DNA of 64,000 nt, taken from assembly GCA_965213705.1 (NCBI GenBank), contig OZ243913.1, positions 768,001 through 832,000 of the forward strand, read 5' to 3'. Below, piece after piece: positions 1-12,485 of this stretch. The stretch comes from Trueperaceae bacterium. Its GTDB lineage: Bacteria > Deinococcota > Deinococci > Deinococcales > Trueperaceae. Below the pieces are notes generated by a model. The model was not told where the DNA came from. It did not search any database and worked only from the letters and a program-made list of their open reading frames with translations. The position numbers were made by a program, and so were the translations under genes. Position 1 is the stretch's first letter. Each line of letters begins with the position of its first letter.

Positions 1-15
1 AAGCGTCCCAAACCC

Positions 16-54
16 AAAAAACCAGGCCGAGTTCGAAATGAACTCGGCCTGGTT
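16..54 (-). terminator. Intrinsic terminator of lon
   Basis: 15-bp perfect stem AACCAGGCCGAGTTC/GAACTCGGCCTGGTT with 5-nt loop, followed on the minus strand by a T-run, just past the lon stop. Confidence 0.85.
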
Positions 55-69
55 ATCCTCAGGGCTAGT

Positions 70-2514
<2,445 letters not shown>

Positions 2515-2983
2515 CTTTGCCTCCTGGTCTTACTAAAGGCCGGTTTTACAAGAAAAGGATGAAAGCTGGCTCTAAAAATCTTAGTCTCCATGTATCAAGT
2601 TTAGCTCGAGCTTGGGATGCCGCCGGGAGCTGGCTTACATACCTCAGCTTAGGCCCCTGGGGCGGAAAAAGCGGTAAGAAAGCTGACGATGGCGGTTTCA
2701 GTTCCGAAGATTCAACCCTCCCAAGACTCGAACCGCTTAGCCTTCGGCTCGGTGCGTGGCGGGTTTGCTGTCGGCGTTTCCAACTCTCCACCGCACCCTT
2801 CTCTTTTGAAAGTTGACGACTGTAAGTGGCAGCCTCGCTGGCGGTAGCTGAAACACTTTGTTCGGCTTCGCCTTACCCCGGGTAGGTCACACGAGTTCTG
2901 TGTTGTGCCGCACCTCGGGGTATAACATGTCAGATGACATCAGACGGCGGAACCAACAAACTAAGCCCCGAGGGACGTGAACA

Positions 2984-3760
2984 GTGCAAACTCTAGCAGA
3001 CGAATGGAAAGAAGCCGGTGTTCAAGAAGGAGACGTTCTTCTTGTACACAGCAGCATCAAAAGGACGTTCAGGCGCTACCTCAAAACGGCTGCCATAACA
3101 CCTCGAGCCATTTTGGAATCGTTTCTGAGCGCTGTCGGGCCGTCAGGGACTTTACTGTTGCCGCTGTTCAATTTCGACTTTACCAAAGGCGTTTCATTCG
3201 ATATTCGAAGCACGCCTTCCCATATGGGAGCACTTACAGAGGCGGGCAGGACGCACCCCCTGGCGGTCAGAACCGGCCATCCCATTTACTCGTTTGCGGC
3301 AATCGGGTTTGCCGCCGAAGAATTCAGGGGAGTAGACAACTTCAGCGGCTACGGAAGCGATTCGCCGTTCGCCCTGCTCCGAAGGATGAACGGGAAAATA
3401 GCCGTTTTAGACCTTCCCGAGCAAAACAGCATGACCTTTTATCATCATGTGGAAGAAATGCACGGGGTAGATTACCGCTACCCTAAAAACTTTACCGCCG
3501 ACTATACCGATGAGGCAGGCGTGACGCGTTCAAAAACCTACGGGTTGTTTGTTCGAAACGTCGAAAGGGGGATTTTGACCCATGTGAATCCGGCAGGAGA
3601 ACTGATGTGGGCAAAAGGTCTGTATTCCGGCTGTAGGCCCAACGAAGGGTCCGGCCTGAGAACCGTTTCGGCTCAACAAATGTACGACTTCACTTCTGAA
3701 ATCATCACGTCCGGCAAAGCCAAAAACATTCTTTACCGCGTTGAAGGTGAAAATGCTTAG
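2984..3760 (+). CDS. AAC(3)-family N-acetyltransferase
   Basis: Family motifs LLVHSS, TPSHMGALTE, RTGHPIYSFAAIG, GSDSPF, TFYHHVEE. Confidence 0.85.
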   Translation: MQTLADEWKEAGVQEGDVLLVHSSIKRTFRRYLKTAAITPRAILESFLSAVGPSGTLLLPLFNFDFTKGVSFDIRSTPSHMGALTEAGRTHPLAVRTGHPIYSFAAIGFAAEEFRGVDNFSGYGSDSPFALLRRMNGKIAVLDLPEQNSMTFYHHVEEMHGVDYRYPKNFTADYTDEAGVTRSKTYGLFVRNVERGILTHVNPAGELMWAKGLYSGCRPNEGSGLRTVSAQQMYDFTSEIITSGKAKNILYRVEGENA

Positions 3761-5054
3761 TTTGGGCGAAGAAATGCACGAGCTGTGCCGGGAACTTTTT
3801 CCTATCTGTCGCAGCTTAACGGGTAACGGCTTTCGTCAGTCGTTGGCAATTTTAGGGCAACACCTTCCAGAGCTGAGAAAAGTAGAAGTGCCTACCGGAA
3901 CCAAGTGCTTCGATTGGGAAGTGCCGAGAGAATGGAACATCAAAGACGCCTACATAACGGGTCCGGACGGAAAAAAAATTTGTGACTTCAAACGGTCAAA
4001 CTTGCATGTGGTAGGTTACTCCACGCCGGTCAACAAGACAGTCTCTCTCGACGAGTTGCAAGAACATCTGTATTCTCTTCCGGAACAACCTGATGCCATT
4101 CCTTACGTGACTTCGTACTACAAGGAACGCTGGGGTTTTTGCATCACTCAGAACGAAAGAGCCAGGTTGGCGTCAGGTGAGTACCGAGTGTTTATCGACA
4201 GTGAACTAAAGAACGGCTCTCTCACCTACGGAGAGTTGATCATCCCGGGAAGTTTGGAAAAAGAAGTGTTTATGTCGAGCTATCTTTGCCATCCTTCGTT
4301 GGCAAACAATGAGCTTTCCGGCCCGGTTGTTACAACCTTTCTTGCGAAGTGGCTTGCAGAAATCAAAAACCGAAAATACACCTACCGCATCGTTATCATT
4401 CCGGAAACGATTGGCTCCATTGCCTACCTGAGCGAAAACTACAAAGAAATGAAAAGAAACGTGGTTGCCGGTTTTAATATCACCTGCGTCGGGGACGAGC
4501 GAGCTTACTCCTACCTGCCGTCACGTCGCGGCAATACTTTGGCGGACAAAGTGGCTTTACACGTGTTGAAGCACATGCATCCCGACTTTGTGCCCTATAC
4601 GTTTTTAGACAGAGGAAGCGACGAACGCCAGTACTGCAGCCCAGGAATAGACCTGCCTGTTTGTTCGTTGATGCGTACCAAGTACGGGTGTTACCCTGAG
4701 TATCATACCTCCTTGGACGACCTGAACCTCGTCACACCGGCAGGGTTGCTCGGGGGTTACGAAGTGCTGAAAAAAGCCATCGAATGTCTTGAATTTGACG
4801 AACACCTACGTTCTACAGTTCTTTGTGAACCGCAACTCGGCAAAAGAGGCTTGTACCCGACCATCAGCACCAAGGACAGCGGTAGTAAGGTAAGAGACAT
4901 GATGAACTTTCTGGCTTACTCTGACGGTTGTCTGAGCAGCCTCGACATCGCGGAAAAGATAAACGCACCCCTGTGGAAACTCCAGGACACCCTTAAGAAG
5001 TTAAAAAAAGAAAAGGTGCTCGAGTTGGTGGAAACGCCGCCACAAGGCGTCTGA
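3753..5054 (+). CDS. DUF4910 / M28 peptidase-like protein with C-terminal winged HTH
   Basis: Motifs CRSLTGNG, YLCHPSLANNELSGP, PETIGSI, RGSDERQYCSPG, YPEYHTS; ATG 3753 after GAAGGTGA overlaps the upstream stop by 8 nt. Confidence 0.85.
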   Translation: MLSLGEEMHELCRELFPICRSLTGNGFRQSLAILGQHLPELRKVEVPTGTKCFDWEVPREWNIKDAYITGPDGKKICDFKRSNLHVVGYSTPVNKTVSLDELQEHLYSLPEQPDAIPYVTSYYKERWGFCITQNERARLASGEYRVFIDSELKNGSLTYGELIIPGSLEKEVFMSSYLCHPSLANNELSGPVVTTFLAKWLAEIKNRKYTYRIVIIPETIGSIAYLSENYKEMKRNVVAGFNITCVGDERAYSYLPSRRGNTLADKVALHVLKHMHPDFVPYTFLDRGSDERQYCSPGIDLPVCSLMRTKYGCYPEYHTSLDDLNLVTPAGLLGGYEVLKKAIECLEFDEHLRSTVLCEPQLGKRGLYPTISTKDSGSKVRDMMNFLAYSDGCLSSLDIAEKINAPLWKLQDTLKKLKKEKVLELVETPPQGV

Positions 5055-5280
5055 CACCAAAGTACCGTTTTAAACCACGTTGCTCAAAAACGCTCGCGAG
5101 TGCGTACCTTGCGAGGTCGTTCGTTTGGGACACGCGAGCAGTTTGGTTCGACAGAACACTCCACCGGAAGGCCAGGCCGATTTGTCTGCACGCCGGGGCA
5201 GGGTCGGGCGGCAACAGGTCAAGAGATGCTTGAAAAGCACTTTAAAGACGACACGACAAAATTCTGTGGACGGCCCCGAC

Positions 5281-5760
5281 TCAGCTTTTCAACACCAGCA
5301 ACACCATCGCTCTGGCCTGAACGTGCTCGGGTGCTAACCCCTCGCTCGTCTTGAAAGTGAGGCCTACGCAGGACTCCGGCAGCTCGAGCAAAGCCGCCAC
5401 CCGTTGCACGATCGCCCCGCGGTACGCGCCCAGCTTGGGCCGGTCGAGCGTCACCACGGCGGCCAAGTTCACCAGTTGCACCGTCGGCGCACGTTCTCTG
5501 AGCACGTCCAGAACTTTCCGCACAATCTCCGCGCTGTCCAGGTTTTCGAACTCCGGATTCGACGGCGGAAAGTAGCTGCCGATGTCGCCGAGCGCGTGAC
5601 TGGAGAGCAGCGCGTCGGCGAGCGCGTGTAACAGCGCGTCGCCGTCGCTGTGCGCGACCGCGCCCAGGGGACTCTCGGGAATCGTCACGTTGCCGATGAC
5701 GAGCGGCCGCCCCGCCGCAAGCGCGTGGGCGTCCTCGCCGTAACCGATGCGAAGGTTCAC
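5281..5760 (-). CDS. ispF: 2-C-methyl-D-erythritol 2,4-cyclodiphosphate synthase
   Basis: [36 protein letters not shown] motifs. Confidence 0.93.
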   Translation of the reverse strand: MNLRIGYGEDAHALAAGRPLVIGNVTIPESPLGAVAHSDGDALLHALADALLSSHALGDIGSYFPPSNPEFENLDSAEIVRKVLDVLRERAPTVQLVNLAAVVTLDRPKLGAYRGAIVQRVAALLELPESCVGLTFKTSEGLAPEHVQARAMVLLVLKS

Positions 5761-5853
5761 AACCTAGACCCAGCGTTCTCGAGCCGAGGAAACGGGGAGG
5801 AGTTTTTCACTTTCGGCTTTCCACTCGGTACTCGGTACTTTTTACCCGGTCCT

Positions 5854-6636
5854 TCAAAACAGCGGCGCGCTCGAGGCGACCGTTTCAGCCTCTTCCACGC
5901 GGTCCAGCCGGAAGGTGCGCTCCTCTTTGCGCAGGTGGCAGTAGGCGCGAATGTAAACGCCGTCGAACCCGTGCACGTCGACGAGGCGTTCTTTGGCTCC
6001 GTAAAACATCTTCACGCTTTCTTTGCGCTGCGCCGCCGTCTTGAACAGCTTAGTAAAAGGACTCTCGGCAAAGCTCATCGGAATAAGCCCGCGTTTTGCG
6101 CCCTTTTGGTACAGGAGGTGGCCGTTTTTGCGCGCGTACTCGTAGAGGTCGCGGGTCAGCTTGACGTCTTCCAAACAATAACGCTCGAGCCGCGTCCAGT
6201 CGCCCGCGCGGTAGTACTCGAGGGCGTCCAGACCCGACCCCAGCTTCGAAGCGCCGAGGGTCGTCTTGGCGAGCGCGTTCAAGCTCACGCGCTGCTTGAT
6301 GCCCTTTTGCACCTCGACCATCAGGTCCAGGGTGGGCAGGTCGCGCACCCAGTCGCCGAGTTCAGCTGCCAGCACCGGCCAGTCGAAGTCGATGAGGTTG
6401 AAGCCGACGACGGTTTCAGCCCGTTCGAGCAGCGCCGCCAGGGCGCCGAAGTCTGCTTCACGAAACGTTGCGAACTTGTCTTCAAGGTAGTCGTACACGC
6501 CGACGACGCTCACCCCGAGCTGCGCTTTGTTGGCCGCGCCGCCGACCTCGTCAAACGATTTGCGGGTTTCCAAGTCGAGGACGAGTTTGGGTGCGCCGCT
6601 GCTGGACGGGGCCGCATCAGTAGGGACAGTGTTCAC
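5854..6636 (-). CDS. DEDDy 3'-5' exonuclease (RNase_H_2/YprB-MrfB-like) fused to C-terminal WYL-like domain
   Basis: VLDLET, GFNLIDFD, YCLEDV exonuclease motifs; C-terminal YIRAYCHLRKEERTFRLDRV. Start reassigned to GTG 6636 (GTGA overlap with suhB stop, GGAGG upstream); 260 aa. Confidence 0.8.
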   Translation of the reverse strand: MNTVPTDAAPSSSGAPKLVLDLETRKSFDEVGGAANKAQLGVSVVGVYDYLEDKFATFREADFGALAALLERAETVVGFNLIDFDWPVLAAELGDWVRDLPTLDLMVEVQKGIKQRVSLNALAKTTLGASKLGSGLDALEYYRAGDWTRLERYCLEDVKLTRDLYEYARKNGHLLYQKGAKRGLIPMSFAESPFTKLFKTAAQRKESVKMFYGAKERLVDVHGFDGVYIRAYCHLRKEERTFRLDRVEEAETVASSAPLF

Positions 6637-7430
6637 GCCAACACCTCCCCCAAGCCCATCAAAGCCACGAGTTTCATGTGCAGGTGGCCGTTGCTCGCCA
6701 CCAGCACGCGGTCGCCCAGACTGTAAGGCTCGCCCGCCGCCCCGGTGACGGTGCCGCCCGCCTCCTGAACGAGCAGCATTCCGGCGGCTGCGTCCCAGGG
6801 TTTGAGCCCGAGTTCCCAAAAACCGTCCAGGCGGCCGCAGGCAACGTAAGACAAGTCGAGCGCCGCCGCGCCGGGGCGGCGCACCGAGCGAACCCGTTCG
6901 TGAACCCGCGCGAACACTTCGATGTTCGCCCTGATGGTGTCCTTGTGGTAAGCGAAACCCGTGGCGACCAGCGCGTCGATGAGTTCGGTCTTGCGCGTTA
7001 CCTCTACGGGCACACCGTTCAAAAAAGCGCCACCGCCCTTGACGGCCGTAAACAGCTCGCCGCGCACGCCGTCCAAAACGACGCCCACTTCCATCACGCC
7101 GTCCAGCTCGAGGCCAATAGACACACAGTAAAACGGGAAACCCTGCGCGTAGTTGGTGGTGCCGTCGACGGGGTCGACAATCCAGCGGTAGCGCGACTCG
7201 CCGCCCGGCTGCCCCTCTTCCTCGCCCAAGACGACGTGGTCGGGATACGCGCCGAGCAAGACGTCCCTGATTTTCGCTTCGCACAGTTTGTCGACCTTGG
7301 TGACGAGGTCGGTGTCGCCGCTTTTGGTGGTTATCTCCAAATCGCCACCGACATAAAACTGTTGCAGTTTGGCCGCGGCTTGCGCGGCGCGAATCGCAGT
7401 CGACAAAAGGGGTCGTTGGTCGTTCGTCAT
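6633..7430 (-). CDS. suhB: Inositol monophosphatase family protein
   Basis: DLVT..D, GEE, WIVDPVDGTTNY, GAAALDL, WDAAAG motifs; ATG 7430 lies 6 nt after TATAGT. Confidence 0.9.
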   Translation of the reverse strand: MTNDQRPLLSTAIRAAQAAAKLQQFYVGGDLEITTKSGDTDLVTKVDKLCEAKIRDVLLGAYPDHVVLGEEEGQPGGESRYRWIVDPVDGTTNYAQGFPFYCVSIGLELDGVMEVGVVLDGVRGELFTAVKGGGAFLNGVPVEVTRKTELIDALVATGFAYHKDTIRANIEVFARVHERVRSVRRPGAAALDLSYVACGRLDGFWELGLKPWDAAAGMLLVQEAGGTVTGAAGEPYSLGDRVLVASNGHLHMKLVALMGLGEVLA

Positions 7431-7592
7431 GGGGTCACTATAACGTTTAGCAGGTTGCAGCTGGGGCGTGTCGGTCTTCAAACCCCGTTTCTCACGTGAG
7501 GGAGCTTTTATAGCGCCGGTTGCAGAGATTTTCTAAACTTCCGACAGCTTCGTGGCGACCCCGCGACAGCACTTTAAGCCGAGGGGAGAAAC

Positions 7593-8126
7593 GTGTTCTA
7601 CAAAGTCAAGCTTTTGAGTATGCTGCTGCTTTTGAGCGTTTTGGCCGCTTGTGCGCCCGCTGCCAAGGGCGGGTCTGTGCAGTCCGCCCTCAACCTGGGC
7701 GACCAGACCGCGTTCGACGTCACGGCAGGCAATACCTGGTACTTTTCGCGTACCTATCCCGCGAGCTATTTCGACCTGGAGTTGGGGGATATTCCGGACA
7801 AGGCCTTTGGGAGTGGCAGTGTGGGAAGCGTTTACCGTCAGCCGGCTACCAAACACTTCAAGTTAGAGACCACGGGGTTGCCCGAAAGCTGGACCGTAAA
7901 GTTGCAGTCCGCGCAAGGAACTCAAATCCTGACCGACGTTGCCAGGACGGACCGGCGCACGAGCCTTAAGTGGCTCGAGACGGTCACCCTCTACTTCGCC
8001 GTGACCATCCCGCAGGACACGACGCCCAACAGGTACACGGGCCTCATGACGGTGACCTCGGACAAAAACGAGGTCGGCGTTCTACCCCTGACGCTCAAGG
8101 TCGGAGCTTTGAGCGCGGGCAACTGA
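7593..8126 (+). CDS. Hypothetical lipoprotein
   Basis: Basic N-terminus, hydrophobic core, lipobox LAAC; GGGGAG RBS. Confidence 0.7.
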   Translation: MFYKVKLLSMLLLLSVLAACAPAAKGGSVQSALNLGDQTAFDVTAGNTWYFSRTYPASYFDLELGDIPDKAFGSGSVGSVYRQPATKHFKLETTGLPESWTVKLQSAQGTQILTDVARTDRRTSLKWLETVTLYFAVTIPQDTTPNRYTGLMTVTSDKNEVGVLPLTLKVGALSAGN

Positions 8127-8127
8127 C

Positions 8128-9531
8128 TCAGTCGCCACTTTCGACCGGCACTTTTTTTCCCGGCGCGCTTGCCGGCGCGACCAGCCTGCCGGTGTGGTCG
8201 GCAACCTCTGCGGGCGACGGGCGCATGAACGTAATCAGCCGCACGTGCCGGTCGAAGGTGAAGTAGTTGTAAGCCCAGTTGGCGAGAGCGTTGAAGCGGT
8301 TTTGGTGGCCGGGTAAGTATATAAGATGGATAAACAGCCAAGCCAACCAGCCTAAAAAGCCGCGCAGTTTGAGACCCAAAAACGCTTTCGAGAGTTCGGC
8401 GACGCCCGCGTTGCGCCCGATAATCGCCATGATGCCCTTGTCGAAGTAGCGAAAAGGTTCTCGCTTGGTCCGGCTCAGGTCGGCGAGAATTTGCTTGGCG
8501 GCGTGCTTGCCGCCCTGGATGGCGACTTGGGCAACCTGCGGGTACATGTTGCCTTCGGCGTCTTTTGCGCCCGACATGTCGCCCGCGACAAACACGTTCG
8601 GATGGTCGGGCAGGCTCAGGTCTTCGTTGACCTTGACGCGGTAGCCCTTGTCGAGTTCCAGACCCAGCGTGTCGACCAACGGACTCGCGCGGATACCTGC
8701 GGCCCACAGGAGGGTTTCGGTGGGGATGGTTTCGCCGCTTTTCAGCTCGACCTCGTGAGCACGCACTTCGGCCACAGTCGTGTTGAGGCGAACGTGGACG
8801 CCGCGCCGCCGCAACACGTTTTCGGTGTACTTTTGCGAGCGTTCGCCGTAGGGGCCGAGCACCTTGTCGGTCATCTCGAGCAAAATCACCTTGGCCTTGG
8901 ACAAGTCCAGGTCGGGATAGTCGCTCTTCAGCGCGTGGTCGAACAGTTCGACCAGGGCCCCGGCCAGCTCCACGCCGGTCGGCCCCGCCCCGACGATGAC
9001 GAAGTTGAGAACATCTCGCTCGAGCAGTTCCGGGTGTGCGCTCGCTCGCTCGAACCGCGCCAGCACGTGCGCGCGGATGTTGGCCGCTTCGGTCAAGCTC
9101 TTGAGCATAAAACTGTGTTCGATGACGCCCGGCACCCCGAAGTCGTTGTAAACCGCGCCGACCCCCAAAATGAGGTAGTCGTAGCGGAGGTGTTCGCCGT
9201 CTGCCAGGGCGACGGTTTGTTCAGCCCGGTCAACCCCGACGACCGTGCCCTGCCGAAAGCTGAAGTTGCTTTGTTTGCGGAACACGTCACGGACCTGTTG
9301 GGCAACGTCGCCGACTTCCAGCCCGGCGGTCGCCACCTGGTAGAGCAGGGGTTGAAAGGTGTGATAGTTGTTTTGGTCGACCAGCAACACCTCGACCGCC
9401 GCGTTTTTGAGCGCCTTGGTCGCGTAAAGCCCTACAAAACCCGCACCTATTATCAGAACCCTGGGTTTCGCCTTCACCTTCAACCTCCGAATCGACCCCG
9501 CTTGCGTGTCGGCAAAACCGACATTCTCCAC
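8128..9531 (-). CDS. ndh: Type II NADH dehydrogenase-like FAD/NAD(P) oxidoreductase
   Basis: IIGAGFVG, HTFQPLLYQVAT, VGAGPTGVELAG, FVAGD, WLFIHL motifs. Confidence 0.88.
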   Translation of the reverse strand: MENVGFADTQAGSIRRLKVKAKPRVLIIGAGFVGLYATKALKNAAVEVLLVDQNNYHTFQPLLYQVATAGLEVGDVAQQVRDVFRKQSNFSFRQGTVVGVDRAEQTVALADGEHLRYDYLILGVGAVYNDFGVPGVIEHSFMLKSLTEAANIRAHVLARFERASAHPELLERDVLNFVIVGAGPTGVELAGALVELFDHALKSDYPDLDLSKAKVILLEMTDKVLGPYGERSQKYTENVLRRRGVHVRLNTTVAEVRAHEVELKSGETIPTETLLWAAGIRASPLVDTLGLELDKGYRVKVNEDLSLPDHPNVFVAGDMSGAKDAEGNMYPQVAQVAIQGGKHAAKQILADLSRTKREPFRYFDKGIMAIIGRNAGVAELSKAFLGLKLRGFLGWLAWLFIHLIYLPGHQNRFNALANWAYNYFTFDRHVRLITFMRPSPAEVADHTGRLVAPASAPGKKVPVESGD

Positions 9532-9710
9532 TTGTGAAAAATAGTATTTAGCCTTTGTCGAGGTTTGTGTGTAGCGTCTGGCACAGAATCTTATAGACCC
9601 GTTTCAGGTTTTCAGGAGCCCTAAGCCCGGTAGCGTCAGGCCGAACGGGTCGTCTACAGACTCTCTACAAAACCGCTCACAAAAGAGCATAATGGTTGCG
9701 AGATGGGCGA

Positions 9711-10730
9711 ATGACCGTCAACGTGTTGGTGATGCTCCACGGCATCACCTTAGAACCCGAGCCGCGCGACCACCGGGCAGCTTACGACGCGCTCTGGGCG
9801 GCGCTGCAGCGCCACCAACCCCGGCTGAGCGCGGCGCTGGTGACGCCGCTGGGTCTCGAGTGGGGCCACGAGCCGCCAGGGTCGCCGAACGAACTGAGAC
9901 CCGACCAGCTACTCACCAGGGCTGAAAACTTTATCAACGAGCAAACGAGCTACGCCTCGCTCAAAACCGACCCCAGCCCCTACAACCACGTGCTCACGCC
10001 TAAAGACGACTTGGGCGAGTTTCGCGTCGGCGCGCTCGCTTCGCGGTGGCTGTTGCGGCCCTACCTTCTTACGCCGTTCAAAGAAAAAGTGATGGTCCGC
10101 GGGTTTACCGACGTGCTTTACTACTGCTCGCCGGACGGCGAGAGCGCGGTTCGCCGGGCGGTGTACAGCCAGTTTTTGAACGGCTTGGCCCCGTACCAAG
10201 ACGCCGCCCAGGTGCGTCTGCACGTCGTCGCGCAGAGTCTGGGCGTCACGGTCGCGTTCGACTTTCTGTTCGGTTTGTTCGCGCCCGACAGCCATTTTCC
10301 CGGCGGCGTGCCGGGCTTCGTTCGTGAACACCGGGACGACGTTGTGCTGCAGCCGTTTCTCGAGGCTTATACCTTCTGGCGTGAGCGGCGCGCGGCGGGC
10401 GGGCTCGTCTTGGGTTCTGTGTCCAGCACCGGCGGTCAACTGCCGCTCATGATGATGCGCAAACAAACCCTCGTCGAGCGCCTCGCGCGGGGTGAACGTC
10501 TGGACGCGAGCGTCATCGGCGTCGCACCCGGCGACGCGCTGAAGTGGAAACTCTTTTACGACGCCGACGACGCGCTCGGTTTTCCGGCCCGGCGCGTCTT
10601 CGAGCCTCAGGCGGCAATCCAAGAGTACGAAGTCGACACACACTGGCGGCCCGACCTAGCGCACAGCTTGTACTGGAAAAACGAAGTCGTGCAGCGTGAA
10701 ATAGCCGACCTCATCGCGCAAAACCTGTAA
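9711..10730 (+). CDS. Hypothetical alpha/beta-hydrolase-like protein
   Basis: VMLHGI, nucleophile-elbow-like VVAQSLG, YDADDALG and AHSLYW near the C-terminus; start uncertain. Confidence 0.55.
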   Translation: MTVNVLVMLHGITLEPEPRDHRAAYDALWAALQRHQPRLSAALVTPLGLEWGHEPPGSPNELRPDQLLTRAENFINEQTSYASLKTDPSPYNHVLTPKDDLGEFRVGALASRWLLRPYLLTPFKEKVMVRGFTDVLYYCSPDGESAVRRAVYSQFLNGLAPYQDAAQVRLHVVAQSLGVTVAFDFLFGLFAPDSHFPGGVPGFVREHRDDVVLQPFLEAYTFWRERRAAGGLVLGSVSSTGGQLPLMMMRKQTLVERLARGERLDASVIGVAPGDALKWKLFYDADDALGFPARRVFEPQAAIQEYEVDTHWRPDLAHSLYWKNEVVQREIADLIAQNL

Positions 10731-11285
10731 GGCCGGGGTCGTGAGTTTGCAACCGCCTTCGGGGAGAAAGCGGGTAGCCGGGTAGTTGAAACTGGAGGGG
10801 TGAACAAGCTGCAATGTTTAAACTTTCCGAGTTGAACAACGTGTTCAAGTTTACGCCCTGCGTTTTGGACAAACCGACCCAGGTCTTTTTTGAAAACCTT
10901 CATACAACCTTTAACTTTTCTGAGATGTGACCGATAAACTCACGTTTAGCTAACAAACTGCTAATTTATAACTAAGGCCGCCGACCACTGTCTACCAAAA
11001 TCCCTCAGCAAGATTTTAAGCACTGTCAAAGGCGGCCAAAGTTATTTTCCTCCTCTCAACATGAGAAACGTTAAAGCAGCTGCGTCACCGGTTTGAGACC
11101 TGGGCGATTTGCGCCTTTGCAGGCTAGCGTTTTGGAAAACTCATCTTTTAGCTTTTCCACTTAACATTGAGACAAATTGGTCTTGACCTTACCTCCCTTC
11201 TTAGGGGAGGTGGCCCTGTGGGTCGGTGGGGTCTGCTTTCTAACTTGCGTGTTGGTACGTCTCAATCGCTCTTGGAACCGCTGTT

Positions 11286-11410
11286 TATACGAATTCCGAT
11301 ACGACAGCTCGTAATCCTTGGAGGAGTTATTCGCTTTCTTATCGCTAGTCCGTATTTTCTTCTCGCTCTGCTCGCGTTTGATTTCGAGGAAATTAACCGG
11401 GAAGGGTATT
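11286..11410. repeat. ~120-bp dispersed intergenic repeat, copy 1
   Basis: ATACGAATTCCG...GGAAGGGTAT; aligns by eye with 19534-19648 (reverse) and 54976-55090. Confidence 0.85.
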
Positions 11411-12404
11411 ACACCCGCTTGACCTCAACCGGTTTTCCGCCGTTGCGCGCAGAAGTGTAAAGCGCCTCGAGCGCCGCCATGTTCGCCGCCGCCTCGAGCG
11501 CCCCGTAGCGCGGCTCGCTGCCGTTCAACACGCAGTCGGCGAAGTGTTCACCCATTAAACGGTATTCATCTGCGCCGGGAATCGTCTCTTGGGTGGTTTC
11601 CCCGTCACTCGTCAGCTCGACAACGGCGTCGCTCACACCGGGCAAAAAGGCGGCCTCGAGCCTCATGCGCCCCGCGCTGCCCACCACCTCGACGAATTCT
11701 TGTCTGGCGGTATCCAGCGCGCAGTGAAACTGCACGAACACGTCGCCCTCGAACCGCAACACGCCGACCATCGACTTATCGATGCCTTGAACGCTCCACA
11801 CCGCGAACGCTTGCGCCTCCAGGGGCTCACGCCCGAGCAGCGTGCGGCCCACGTTGACGCAGTAACAGCCTACGTCCATGAGCGAGCCGCCGCCTAAGTC
11901 CGGCTGCAAGCGAATATTTCCGGGGTCCGAGACGGTGAAGGTGAACCCGGCGCGCACGAGTTTGAGGTCGCCCAGGGTGTTGTTAGAAAGCAGCTCGAGC
12001 GCGCGTTCCGTGCGTGGGTGAAAGCGGTACATAAAAGCTTCCATCAAGACACGCCCGTTTTGCTCGGCGGCCGCGTGCATGTCCAGGCACTCCTGCGCGT
12101 TCAAACCCATAGGCTTTTCGCACAAGACGTGTTTGCCGGCCTCGAGCGCCCGGACCGTCCACGGTTTATGCAGGCTGTTGGGCAGCGGGTTGTAGACCGC
12201 GTCCACGTTCGGGTCGGCAAGCAGGGATTCGTAGTCGCCATAAAAAGCTTCTATCCCGAGGTCGGTTGCGTAAGCCTCGGCCCGAACCTCGTCACGACTC
12301 GCGACCGCGACGACCGTGCCGTTGTTAGAGGCTTGCAGGGCGGGCGTTACAGTTTTGCGACCGATGTTGGCGGTGCTTAAGACGCCCCAGCGTATTTTGT
12401 CCAT
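11409..12404 (-). CDS. Gfo/Idh/MocA family oxidoreductase
   Basis: IRWGVLSTANIG, VYNPLPNSLH, HVLCEKP, GGSLMDVGCY. Confidence 0.92.
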   Translation of the reverse strand: MDKIRWGVLSTANIGRKTVTPALQASNNGTVVAVASRDEVRAEAYATDLGIEAFYGDYESLLADPNVDAVYNPLPNSLHKPWTVRALEAGKHVLCEKPMGLNAQECLDMHAAAEQNGRVLMEAFMYRFHPRTERALELLSNNTLGDLKLVRAGFTFTVSDPGNIRLQPDLGGGSLMDVGCYCVNVGRTLLGREPLEAQAFAVWSVQGIDKSMVGVLRFEGDVFVQFHCALDTARQEFVEVVGSAGRMRLEAAFLPGVSDAVVELTSDGETTQETIPGADEYRLMGEHFADCVLNGSEPRYGALEAAANMAALEALYTSARNGGKPVEVKRV

Positions 12405-12485
12405 GCTGAATTTTAGCCCCTAAACTACCAGCCGAGTCAGGAGTGGCACCTCCGGCCGCACGAAACGGGTGCAAATAGAGAATGG

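Noticed and set aside
2984..3760. Calling the AAC(3)-family gene an aminoglycoside resistance gene
   Set aside because: Family membership alone does not show resistance, and the context suggests a metabolic role
6637..7284. N-terminal extension of the 476-aa ORF
   Set aside because: Arg/Gly-rich off-frame read of suhB; the credible start is GTG 6636
9594..9657. Inverted repeat GACCCGTT...AACGGGTC as a MITE
   Set aside because: Only 8-bp arms and a single copy in the window
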